DNA of 51,878 nucleotides from Trichinella spiralis (Eukaryota): NCBI RefSeq assembly GCF_000181795.1, contig NW_003526946.1, positions 485,668 to 537,545 of the forward strand, read 5' to 3'. Shown piece by piece: positions 38,643 to 51,523 of this stretch (position 1 is its first letter; each line of letters starts with the position of its first letter). The notes under the pieces were generated by a model. It saw only the letters and a program-made list of their open reading frames with translations, ran no database searches and was not told where the DNA came from. The position numbers and the translations under genes were made by a program.

Positions 38643-41600
38643 ACCACACGTACACCACCATCAACAGCAACAATGAAAGCAACGTTTGTTATTTTGGAAT
38701 ACCTGAAAAACAACTGAAATTTATGTTTATATTAATATTAATTAATAAAATTTCATAAAATCTCAATAAACAAACAAAGTTACAATTATACTATACATAT
38801 ATGTACATGTGAATGGCAAACAAAGTTTTGCTTGAAAATATTGATCACCACGCCCCATTTCCAAGCACAAGCTTCACAACAACAAAATTGGCCGCTTTGC
38901 TAAATTTATCTCGCGCATCAATATTTTGCAAAGTTCAATTTCAGAATTTGAAACAAATTAAAATTCCAACTGACAAAACTTACGCAACAAAATATGAACT
39001 CGATGCCTACCCATTGATCATTTATAAATATATATATATATGCGTAGAAAATATTCCCAATCAAACAAACAGATTCGGATTTATTTCTAGTAATACTTGT
39101 CCATTCAGTAATTTTTATCATTAATAATATTTCATTCAGTCAAAATCATTAAATTTTATAATAAAGAAAATTGAAAAACAGATAAAAGATCATCGAATCA
39201 ATGAAAACTTGATCTATTCATTTTAAGCGTTGTGTCATATTACAATTAATCATTATTAATGATCTCAGCAAACAACATAGCATCGCAGCAATTCAATGAA
39301 TACTAAAAATAGTCCAGAAGCAACTTCTCTCGTTTCCTTATTATTATTAATAGGAAAAATCAATTTACAACTTTTTTCTTGTCATAAACACAAAGTATTG
39401 CTTAAAAGAAAATCAAATATAATATATATATGTATAACACCAGGGAATCATTGAAGTAATTGAATAAATGTACATACACAAACAAAAATCCCGACCACTA
39501 CACACTGATTGATAATCAACTATTTAATAAAATTTTAGCAAAAAGAGTTCCCCGAATTATTTCTATTATTAAATTTTGCAAATGAAATTCAAGACCATGA
39601 AAGCATTGCGTATATATGCGTGTATGCAGCATTGAATGATATCAACGACAGCAACAACAAGCAATAAATAATTTTTCCACACCGGTTTCAAACTATTCAA
39701 CTTTTAAATTAATCTTTTTGCATAACATAAACAAATCATTTCATTTATTCTGTTATTCATCGACTTTGCAAACAATAGAAACATTTTTCATTTAAAAATA
39801 AAACTTGATTTACATTTCAAATGCAATTTTATTACAAATTCAAATTGTCCATTTAGAAATAAAAATTACACACCGCATACGTAAAAATTTGCTTACAAAC
39901 AAAACAATCAAATTCAAAATTTACTAGTCAAATGAAAATCAGCTGAATCGAACGAATGTTCAAATTTTCTTTCTTTTTTATTGATTTTATTTATATAATT
40001 AAATAATGATTTTCTCAAAATATTAATTTTTCCAAATATATGCATATAGCAGCGAATCAGTTAACAACGAAAGATTTTCCCAATTTCCAAAATAGATATA
40101 TAATAAGAAAAAGAAATATTTCTTTTGCTTAATCAATTTTCAGCTGTCAGCTTTGGAATGTCAAATGAAAAATCTTTCTTCTTCAACCCATCACGCAGAG
40201 AAGAAAGAGAATATATGTAAATTTTTCAACAAATAACTAATTTACTATATCATTATTATTTATTTATTTCTACTTGTCATAATAATACAATAAACTTTCA
40301 ATTCTCAATATCAATTTTTCAATACTGAATATGCAAACAAGCAAGTAAATACTTTTGTTCAAAATTCAAAACTGATGATAATGGAATAATTACCAATAAT
40401 TGGTCCCTTTGAAAAATCGATTACTGCTTTACAGATATGTAACAAATTTAAAAAACATGATGATGAAACAATAACAAACACATCACATTAAAAATAACAT
40501 ATTTCAAAATTTATCATTAACAGCCTATATAACTGAAAAATAACAACGAAAAAACTAAATTCAAAGTATACGTTTGCGTTAAATGAAAATTATCAAAAAT
40601 TGCATAACCTTGCAATGAGCATTCAAAATCAATTTCGACAAACATACACCATCTGTGCTTGCATATCAAAAATGAATTCTAATAATAATAATAACAGCAG
40701 CAACAACAACAACAATAATAATAATTAATGATTTTAAACTGCAAAAAATTTGATTACCTCAAATTAATTTAAATTTGAAAAAAATATATACATTAATCAA
40801 CCATAAATGATTTTAAAAAAATACAGCTAAAAACAATATGATCAAACATTTCGTTATATTTGACCACAATAAATAAATCAATGCAGAAAACAAGTCTAAT
40901 GAAAAATTTCATCACTGAAGTAATAATAGAATTGATCAACTTTGCAAATTAAAGCAAAGCATTATTCAACTAAGTGAGTGAATAATTCGAGCTCTTCAAG
41001 AAATTTCCAAATGCGCTCCGCTTTTCATTTTACATATTAAATGAAGCCATTAGTTGAATGAAATAAAAAATCATTAATATGGAAATAACAATTTGAAAAG
41101 AAAATAAATTTACCGCTTCAATTAAAGTTCTATATTTTATAAACAGATCGAATTACAATCATTTCAAATTTGAAAGGAAATTAAACAAAAAAAATTTTAA
41201 TCAAAACAGAGCAAATATGTTAACAGTGCTTTGCTTCATTTGAATGTATTCTATTCAAATGTAAAAGACACGGTTATAAATAAAATTTACATTTCACTAT
41301 TCACTTTTCTTCATAACTAACACAAATAATTTTAAAATGTAAAATTTATCAGTGAAAAATAATAATAACAAAACAAAAAATAACCCTCAAATACAAAATA
41401 CTGATCAACTGTTGTAATCTTGTGAAACACAGCAATTCTGAAACAACATTAATGCAATATTTCATGCATTCGACTTTATTTCAATTTTCCCTTTAAAGTT
41501 AACACAAATACAGTTGATTACTAACGACGATTATTCATTGCAAACATTCGATTTGATCTGTTTTACAAATCCTTAATTTTTCAGAATTATTTTAAATTAT

Positions 41601-43265
41601 ACAAATGTACAGCAAAAAATATGTACAGATTATTAAAAATTTCAACAACAATTTTTCGAGAGCAGAATCATGTTTATCCGTGCACGTGATAATTGAATTA
41701 GAATTTAACACAAACAAGTTGGGCAATGAAGCGTGTCAACGCGAAGCTCAGAAAACAATCTGCGACTAGCTAGTTAATTATTGTCAATTTCAGGCACAAA
41801 ATTGCACAAATTTTTCCTTGAATACTTATCAAAATGGTGTAACTTGAAAACCGTCTTTAAACTTTAAACAAAACAAATAAAAGTGAGCCGACAAAGCATA
41901 AACATAAATACGAATAAATTAGATCAACAAAACTCAAATTCCTCCAGTGAAAATACAATACTTGAACTTACTACGCAAGAGAATACAGCAAATAACTGAT
42001 CATTCACCAGTTTAACAAATCGTCGAATTGGACTTGTGCCAAAGTACCACCTACCTAAGAATACAGTAATGTGATTTTCACGTTAAAAATTGACTTCATT
42101 TGAAATTTTGCTGTAATTTGCTAGCTATGAAAAATGTAGAGCAAATTTTATTAAATAATTCACTCTGAAATTACAGCATTAATAACAACAAATATTTCGA
42201 ATAGAAATCTAGAATGCATTTGATTACTAACAGTGACAGCAAAATAATTTATACAAATATTCAAATGATGTAGCAGTTGCGCATGAATTGCAATGTCAAT
42301 TTTAAATCTGTACAAAGTAACCTAAAACCTGAAATTCTATATCTATTTAAAAAAAATGAATCAACATTAATTGCACTGAAACATTTTGTGTAAAAGAAAT
42401 TCTTTCGGCCTGTGCAATGAATAATTTACACGCTGTAGCACGTGCATTTCACGCGATTACAAGCACAACGTACTTTACTTTACTTTACTTCTACATTAAA
42501 TAAATAAATATCAAAAAAAAAGTACAATTTGCAAAAATAAACATTACATGAACGCAATGAACACTTCAATGTATTACTGGAGAGGTGATTTGAGAAAGCA
42601 TAATTAACATCTCTACGTAGCGAGTGTCCTGCTGCAAACTCAATTGCAAGTGCTCATCTTAATCCAATAAACAGAAATTGTTGTTGCTTTACCAGCTTGA
42701 CGATACAGCACTCTTAGCAAAAACAACAATCACAAATCAAACAATATTATTACCAATCATCTACTAATATTACAATACATACATATATATATATAATTCC
42801 ATTGGGAACAATTTGCAAATAACTTGTATAAATAGAAGTGAACAGTAATTTTTTAAAACTTTTGACTGAGAAATTTTAATAGCCAATTTATTGGGGATAT
42901 TCTCGCAATGTATTCTTATGTACGAAAACTTGAAATAAAGCCGATTCAATGAAAATAATAAATGCTGAGCTTAGTCATAATGATCGGCAATTTGATCGCA
43001 AGCATTGCAGCTGAACACGCGATAGCTTTTATTGAAAATATGCACAAAAGTACTTTTTTCATAAATTTTAATGTCCTCATAAAATATACAAATGAATGAT
43101 ATGAAGAAAAACTATAATTGCATAGCAATAATTAATTAAAATATTCCTTAAATAATACTATTGATTTTGTCTTATTGAATCTTTTATAACAGCAAACAAA
43201 TTTATATAATTTCATTAATTTTCTAATAAAATCAAAAGATAACAAAATTAAAAATAGAAATAAGT

Positions 43266-46200
43266 TTAATTTTCTTTTTTTACTATAACACACCAATTTC
43301 CTTGTTCATAATATGATTCTACTACAATGCAACGGCTGACTTGTTGACAAAGAGATTGCAGTTCGTTCTCTTTGAAAACGTGATAATATCGCAGAAACAT
43401 TTCACGCCGCTTATCATCAATATCATTAGATTTATTAAATTTGCTTTTGGCAAATTTCCAAGGAACCAGCAAATCTTGACTTTGAAACTGCTGTCTATTC
43501 TTGTGGACAGGAAATATTTCCTTGGATGTGGACAAGGATGAGGATGGAATTTCATCGTCGTTGCAAAATGAATATTCTTTCTTTTTGCCACTTTTCAAGT
43601 AAAAAGATTCATTCCCATCACGACGCTGTTCCATTGCCCAAACGTAAATTAAAGCCTGTCCTCCTGGTCGAAGTATGCGAACAATTTCTTCTACAGCACG
43701 ACGCCGCCGATTCTAAAATCAAAATTCCAAATTCCTTTTTCAAATTAATTAATTAATTAATTAAACCAATAAATAATCGTATTATTATTACTTCTGTAGG
43801 GAGATGATGAATTACCGAAATTGATAAAGCTGCATCGAACATGTCGTCCAAAACAGGAAGATCACAACAGTCAGCTTGAAAAATATTGAACCCTTTACTT
43901 CGACAAATGCTGCATAATGCGAAAGCACGATCGCAACCAACATTTACAATATCTTTTTTGCATAATAAATATTTTCCATTGCCACAACCGACATCCAAAA
44001 GCAGACTACCATTTGAAATTGATTCAATAAAACGCTTTACACCTGGCCACAATGAATGCCGAGTTTGATCAAAATGATCCGCAATTTGCTCATAAACCTA
44101 AAATAAAACTTTTCATATTAAATACAATATATTCATTTTTGAATTTCAACATCTTTGAACAAATCATCTAAGCATTATTTATAATTGAAATGTTCGATTC
44201 GAATTTTCTCTATGGTCTCAACAATGTTTATTTGTCTAGTAGGTAAACAAGTTTCGCGGAAAGCAAAGACAGGATTTTATTATTTTAAACTTTTCAACCA
44301 TTAAACTGAACAGCAGTAAACTTATGTATATATACCAATCATAGGACACTACAAAACAAGGGTTAGTGGTCTAGTGGTATGATTCTCGCTTTGGGTGCGA
44401 GAGGCCCGGGGTTCGATTCCCCGCTAACCCCCACTCTTTTCAACTCAAATGCATTCAGCCTTATTTATTAAAATTAATTGTACTCATTGAACATATTCTT
44501 GTATCATCTTTGATCTAATCGAAAACACCACCACTTCCTTATCATCATTCAAATAAACCACTATTATCATTTATCCATTGAATCACTTAAGCAATTTTAA
44601 TTACATTCTTCATTTAATGCTTATTTAATACACTACAGTTACTTGAAACCTACACAAAACACATACAGTATATAATACAATAAACAAAAACAATGACTTA
44701 AAATGGAAATCACTGACATTAATACTGACAAGATAACAGAACTTGTATATCATACAGTTTACTGTAAAATAATTATACGACATTCCTGAAAACTGTAATA
44801 GATTAAAACCGCAGTAATTTATCATTTTGGCAGCATTTAGTTCTTCACCTAATACATATAACCGAAAGTTTTATTGTTTTCTTAGGCGGATCATTTAACA
44901 AACAAATATTTAATGTAAAAGAGCTACCTGATGAACGTAAACATTTTCAACGCTATTTAGATCTGTAACGCTCTGACCAGTATCATTTGTACAACAGTCA
45001 CAGCAATTTTTCGAACAAGATGAATCTAAAAAAAGTTACAATTTTCAATTAATGATACAAAATTTCATAGTTCCTTTTAGTAACAATCTGTATTTTATAA
45101 CTGCTCGATTAAAAAGTGCTAAAAGTGAGCGAGCATACTTTCTGCAGGACCGACGTTGCGGAATGTGAAGGATATTCGTTTGTCTCGCTTTAACAATCGA
45201 CCATCACATGCAAGATCGTACTTCTTCGATGATATTCTAAAACAATACAAATAAATATAAATAATCACAAGTCCACTCATACCCATGCTTCCAAATATCT
45301 TTTGCTTCATCTTTCAAAATTAACAAACTTCTTCTGGGCAAAATTAAAGAATAGTGCTCATTTGTATCTTTCTTAAAGCTCATAACTGCCTAAAACAATG
45401 ATGCTTCAGAAAGATTTAATGAAAAAGAAGAAAAACAAAAATTACTTGCTAAATTATTTACAAATAATTTATCAATATTTGTAAATAAATCTACTAGTTA
45501 TTTTTTGCAAATCTTCTTAATAAAATTCTACTGTCATCATACAGAAATCGACAGTTTTACATATGAAATTAAAAATACTTTGTTATAAATACAAAATGAT
45601 ACTTTATTTATAAAATTTAAAATTTAAAAATTATATGATAGCATATTCACAGCATCACAGAAGATATGATGATGATGAGGGAAGTTTTAAGGATGAAAAT
45701 AACAACACAAAAAATATGCATGATAAACATTTATTACTCACATCACTAACAAGGCTCAACGATACAACTTCCCCTTTTATCAGAGGAGAATTATCGCCAT
45801 GGAGGGGAATTCCTAAAATATACTAATTAAAATTAAAACACATTTTTATTCACCTTTGCTCCACCTTGGCCAGGTTCATAGAAGTTAACAGTTATCTGAT
45901 TTGGAAGTGCTGAAATAAATCCATGAAATAGCATGCGTTCACATAAGGAATGGCAAAGATCTGGAATTGGCTGTTTCGCCGGTTTTTCGATATCGGGTTC
46001 GTTGGTAGTATAAATAAAATCATAACCAAAGTGCAAAACTGTGCGATTTTTCAACTTTGATCCTAAAACATCATAATTCATATTGTTTTGAAAAATTCAA
46101 ATAAAATTACCACCATCCGGGCAAAGTGAAATGCAATCATTTGCAAGCTGAATCAACAAAAGTTCCTCTTTTTCGGAAACAAAATTTTCCTCCAACCGTA

Positions 46201-46791
46201 AGCCCACAGGCACTGATGCCACAGGGTTTGTGGACACAACATTTGGCACTGAAACAAACAAAGAATGCCAAAATTTATATAATATTAAATACTTAAAAAT
46301 TTAAAATTTTCATCTTGCTATTAAATATCAATAGTCCCCGTCCTGTGATATTCATGAAAAACATATTTCAGATGAATACATAAATAATTTGAATCAACAC
46401 GCATAAATTACCTGTCTGAACATATAAAAAATAAAAAGCAACATTTTTTTCTAATGAATACGGTTTGCAACCTTGAAATTGCTCAAACAGTGTAATAGCA
46501 TCTTGTATTGAATCGAAGTGAACAAAGGAATATGGCTTATGAATGCGAACATAAATGTCAAAAGTGCCAGCAGCATGCTCAGCGCAGAAGTGTCGCAGTT
46601 CTTCAGGAGAGACTCCACAGTCCAGACCACCGTTAGCCACAAACAAATTCTCAAAACAAATAGTGCAAATACAAAATTGCATTTTCATCAAAAATTCAAA
46701 CCTGAGAAGGTTGTTCAGTAATTACCACATCTGGCTCGTGTTTTTGCAAAGAAGCAATCAATTTGCGAAGTTTTCTCTCAATTTTCTTCAT
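43266..46791 (-). CDS. ALKBH8: ALKBH8 tRNA wobble-uridine methyltransferase/hydroxylase (RRM-AlkB-Zn-MTase); exons ~46791-46702, 46649-46412, 46248-46111, 46062-45865, 45812-45742, 45389-45283, 45236-45139, 45025-44928, 44097-43792, 43712-43266
   Basis: RRM (LFVANGGLDCGVS..KPYSFVHF). AlkB domain (HFGYDF, QITVNFYEPGQGIPLHGD, WKHG, RISFTFR). Cys cluster. Trm9 methyltransferase (VHQVYEQIADHFDQTRHSLWP, LDVGCGNGKYL, SISVIHH, LRPGG.ALIYVWAMEQ, RYYHVF, YYEQGNWCVI). The start codon is uncertain. Confidence 0.95.
44360..44431 (+). tRNA. tRNA-Pro (anticodon TGG)
   Basis: GGGTTAG-TG-GTCTAGTGGTATGATT-CTCGC-TTTGGGT-GCGAG-AGGCC-CGGGG-TTCGATT-CCCCG-CTAACCC-C forms perfect acceptor, anticodon and T stems. 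A TTTT run follows at 44437-44440. Confidence 0.97.
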
Positions 46792-47851
46792 CTTTTTCTA
46801 CATTGCAATAAATGTGAAAAAATTGCTTTCAAATAATACAAACAGTTCTTGTGTAGATAATTAATTAGTGGAAAACTGTCAAATAACGTAACATTATTGT
46901 CATAAATAAGCAATCTGTTCAAATGATTCGCAATAGGTATAATTTTTGAAATTTGTAAAGATTATTTTAAAACATAAAATAAAAAATAATTTTCATATTA
47001 CATTTTCAACTTTAAATGGAAAAATAGACGTGTAAAATATTCTCGCCAGTTTACAGTATAATGACATGAAAGTTCGAATAAAAAATATAACAGAGTAGAA
47101 ACAAAAATCGTACAAAAACAAATTGAATGAAAGTATAAATTTAATTTGTATATTAATTGTTGTAAACATTTCGATTAAAATTGCCAGGAATGATTTTGTT
47201 AAATACTAAAAGCAGTTGCTTTGAGATTACCGATTTTGTGATAAAATTTTTCAATAAATGAAAATATTTGACTTTTTTACAAGATCAACGACTTTTTTCA
47301 AATGTTTAAAGTGGATAAAAGTGATACTTTACTGCAGATCATGATTAAAATTAGTAATAAAATATCTTTTTTTTGGCAAACAGTTTCATTTCAGTTGTAA
47401 AATCATTTTAAATTTCAACGATCAATTTGCACCTCTTATTTGAATTTAATATTTTTTGAAGGTTTTATTTTATTTTTACATTTTTAAATATCTGTTTATT
47501 TTTCTGGTTCTTGGTCAAAGAAGAAACAGCCTCTTCAGTTTCAATTAAGCAGCATTGAAAAATTGGCAGTTCCATTTCTTGATATTCATAGCCATCTTTC
47601 CTTTGTGGTAAATACAAACAGCTTACAAACGAAAACAGATGCTCACAAATTGTTGGCATCCATTGTCAGCTGTGCAATCGCTTGGTCACCTGAATAATGA
47701 ACAATGAGTGAACAGATTTATGGGAATAATTTCTAAAAACAAATCACGTGGTAATTTGATATCTTGCAAAAAATAACAATAACAATACTTTATCACATGA
47801 ACATCGAAAAAGAAAAAAGAACAACGGATTATTTTATTTTTGCATAAATCC

Positions 47852-47905
<54 letters not shown>
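47852..47905. repeat. (AAT)n microsatellite, ~18 units
   Basis: Perfect AAT run. Confidence 0.95.
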
Positions 47906-49884
47906 TAGGATTAGGATTAGAAATGCGACTTTATGATTATCTTTTTGTTTCACGTTTGTTGTACATTTGACCTGAGGGAAGAAATGAATCATTCCGAATG
48001 AGGAGTAGCTTTTTGACCAGGGTCAGAGACTGGCAAAAGGTGAACAATTGTCGGAAAAGTACAAAACTTCCCCATGTGCGGTTGTAAATTTATCTGACAG
48101 TTTAATTGATGCCAATAAATCAATCATTACCTGAGCAAAGTTCACACTGTGTGAGGTAAAAGTAAAAAATAAAAAACATTAAAGTTGTTTTCCCCGAATG
48201 TTCATATTTCCAGTAACATTGTATCTTGTCTATTTTGATTTAAATAAATAAATAAATATATTGATTATTTTATCAAAACGTTTCAATTCTTATTTTATTG
48301 ATAATTGTTTTTTATACTTCATTCGATCACGTCGAACGAACAAGAAAACGCTGGTCCAGTGGTTAAAACCCCCCATTCCAAAAAAAATTTCCATTTTTTC
48401 CATCGATTTCCGATTTCGATGAAAATAAAATTTAAATAAATTAAATAAAAGCTATCTTTGCAACGAAAACAAAAATTTAGCTTTGGATGCAAGAACAAAT
48501 TCAACAATGCTAGCAAAAGAACAGCGAATGCTTATTGAAATAGTAATTGAAAATTGTTATTATTGAACGGCATATTTTGAACCATTACGCTGTGGTCATT
48601 TATTGTATGATACGGTCGGCGGCAGGATGAAAAGATATGCGTGCGGTGGTGACCAATTAATTGTCCAGTTATCGGTCACAACCATCTCTGTACGTTAGCA
48701 TCATACTGCATGCGGTTATTATCGTAATTTCAGTTAATTATAATCGCAATGCAATTTTGCTATCTTGAACTGAATCAAACAAAGAAACTTTGTTTAATTG
48801 GAAATTTTTTACTTATCATCCATGAATGATGGATACTGTAAGATTGAATGAAAAGAAACAAAATGTTGCATTCAGCGTTGCAAATTTTTTTCATTTTCAC
48901 AGCGATAAAACGATGTTGCAATAATAAAACAACAATAAAAATCGATTTTTTATAAAATTAAAAATATTTTATTTCTATTATTACTATTTTCAGTTGATAA
49001 TTTGTTTTCTGACGGTATATATGTATATATTTTTTTTTCTAATACCGATCGAGATTGACTATTAAATAATATACATCTATTGCTGTGAACAACTGCTTGC
49101 GCCTGTTTGACAGTTGTTGCATCCACACAGCAGGTATCCTTAAACTCCATGCAAAACAAATGGGATGGACAACAACTGACCACACTATTCATTTTCTTCA
49201 CGCAGCTGTATATATATATATCAATAAAGGTCAATATTGTTTTTCTTGTCTATCGTATTCATCATTTATTATTATAATAATTTTTTTATAGCTTCTACAA
49301 ATTTATCTACAAACAGCCTCTTTCTTGGCAAAATTTTCATTTTTCACGTTCAGTGAACAAAACTCGGCTTCGACATTAGCGGAGAAAAGCAACGCTACCA
49401 ATTTACGAACTCACATTTGGAATTGTTTCGAAATTTGATAATTTTTTAAAATCTGTTTTCTCTATCTCTCATCACGTTCAGTTCGAATTCACTTTATTAT
49501 TGAATAAAATATTTTTTAAAAAAATTCGCTTTGAATAGAGAACGAAGAAAACCATTGCAAACCAATAATTATTTTCCATAAACACTTTTACTACTTTTCA
49601 AACAAAACACAACACAAGCATGAAAAAATAAATAGGTACAATATTTGCAAAGACAAAAAACTTAATTCATAAGTTTTTCAAAACAATTTGCAAATGCAAT
49701 CTTTTACCATTTCAAAAATACATTTCTAAAGACACAAGGGATATATATATATATATATTGTATATGCGTATAATGTATGTATACGTAGGTATGTACGGTA
49801 TGTATGTATATATTTTGTTCAAAAAATACCATTATTATTATTATTATAATATAATTGTGCTTTGTTGTTGTGTTCTGGAGATTT

Positions 49885-51505
49885 TTACCATCCGTAATCT
49901 TCATCAACAGACTGCTCTTGGAGTTGCGTGGTGCCGAGCTCTACATTGCCACCGCCGGAATTCTGAGCTGATGGAAAAGTGCTGTATTCGACATCGTCGT
50001 CGGTGTCGCTGAGCAAAAAGTTTGGAACATCCTGACCACACCTCTGCAGCATATCGGCCAAGTCTTTCGCAATCGCTTGGTCGTCTCGCCAGCTGAAGAA
50101 GCTGATCGCTCGTCCCGGGTTGCCTACACGCCCAGTTCTACCAATGCGGTGAACATAGTCGTCGACGCATTTGGGCATGTCGAAATTGATCACATAGTCC
50201 ACGCCGGCTATGTCGAGACCCCGAGCCGCGACATCCGTAGCCACCAACACGTTCGCCTTGCCTTGTTTGAAATTTCTCAACGCTTTCTCACGCTCGTACT
50301 GTTCCCGGTCTCCGTGTATGCTTGTCGACTTGAAACCGTTGTTCAACAATTCCATCGACACAATATCCGCCATTCGTTTGCGCGAGACGAAAATCAATAT
50401 TTTCGGAATCTCGTTGCGACCTTCGTACTCTTCTGAAATTTCTCTCAAAATATTCAACAACTGATCGTCTTTAGCTTGGTATTTCGCCAGCCGGATACTT
50501 TGCATAATATCCTGGTTGGCACTGCCCAGGATACCGATAATTTTAAAAATGAAATCGTCACGCAAAAATTGACGCGCCAACGACTGCACTTCGACCGGAA
50601 ACGTAGCGGAAAACATGGCCGTGATGAACTCGCCGACCGGAAGCGTGCTCGCTATTTGGCGGACCGTCGCCTCGAAGCCCATGTCCAACATTCGGTCGGC
50701 TTCGTCGAAAATGAAAAATCTGCAGAAGTTCAACGTCACCTTCTGCATCTCCATGAACTGGACGAGACGGCCAGGGGTCGCGACCACGATGTCACACCCT
50801 CGCCACAGTTCGCTCAGCTGGTACTGGACGCTCACGCCGCCGTAAGCCACGGCACACCGAAACCCTGTATCGACCAACAAGCTCCTGCACACGCTGAACA
50901 CTTGCTGGGCCAATTCTCGAGTCGGAACTACCACGGCCGCTTGGGGGGCTATTTTCCCCGGGATACGTTCGCGCTCTTCAAGAAGCGAAATGATCGGCAA
51001 CAAAAAGGCAGCGGTTTTGCCGGAGCCCGTCTGCGCGCAGACCATCAAATCTCTGCGTTGCAAAAGTACTGGAATCGCGTGACGTTGGACAAGGGTCGGA
51101 ACCGTCATCTGCAATTTGCTGATGTTTTTCAGCAGAACATCGCTGAAGCCAAATTCTTGGAATGAATTCTTCGGAGCGGGGCAATTGACGCCTCTCGTCT
51201 CAACATCCACTTCCATTTGTTTCTCGAAATTAATACCCTTCGAAATGTACAACGAGTTGAAATCCGCCTCGTCCAACTCTTTCGGCACGTACGTCACGGG
51301 CGGTCTTCGATGTTCGACGCCACGGCTGCCGTCGGGCACATCACTCTGATTGTTATATCTATCTGCTCCAGCCCTTTCGTATCCGAAATCATCTCTTCCA
51401 CTTCCAAAACCACCACCACCACCACCTCGTCCACGTCCAGAATTCCCGAATCCACCACCTCGTCCACGTCCAGAATCTCCAAAACGGCCACCTCGTCCAC
51501 GTCCA
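49885..51505 (-). CDS. vasa: Vasa/DDX4-like DEAD-box RNA helicase, end of the RGG repeats plus complete helicase core (single exon)
   Basis: The frame is open upstream of the listed GTG start (GDSGRGRGGGFGNSGRGRGGGGGGFGSGRDD...). Motifs: PTLVQ, AQTGSGKT, PTRELAQQ, TPGRL, DEAD, SAT, ARGLD, HRIGRTGRVG. GINF pre-helicase motif. The acidic C-terminus ends in W (EDYGW), a Vasa hallmark. Confidence 0.93.
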
Positions 51506-51523
51506 TAAATCTCCCGGAAACCG

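Noticed and set aside
44431..44433. Genomically encoded CCA on tRNA-Pro
   Set aside because: C44431 is the discriminator base; the following bases are CAC, not CCA.
48131..48153. miR-87-like start (TGAGCAAAG)
   Set aside because: Only the seed region matches and no pre-miRNA hairpin is evident. The same applies to TGGAATGTA (miR-1-like) near 3078.
50077..51349. Long + strand ORFs overlapping the helicase
   Set aside because: These are antisense shadows of GC-rich vasa coding sequence.
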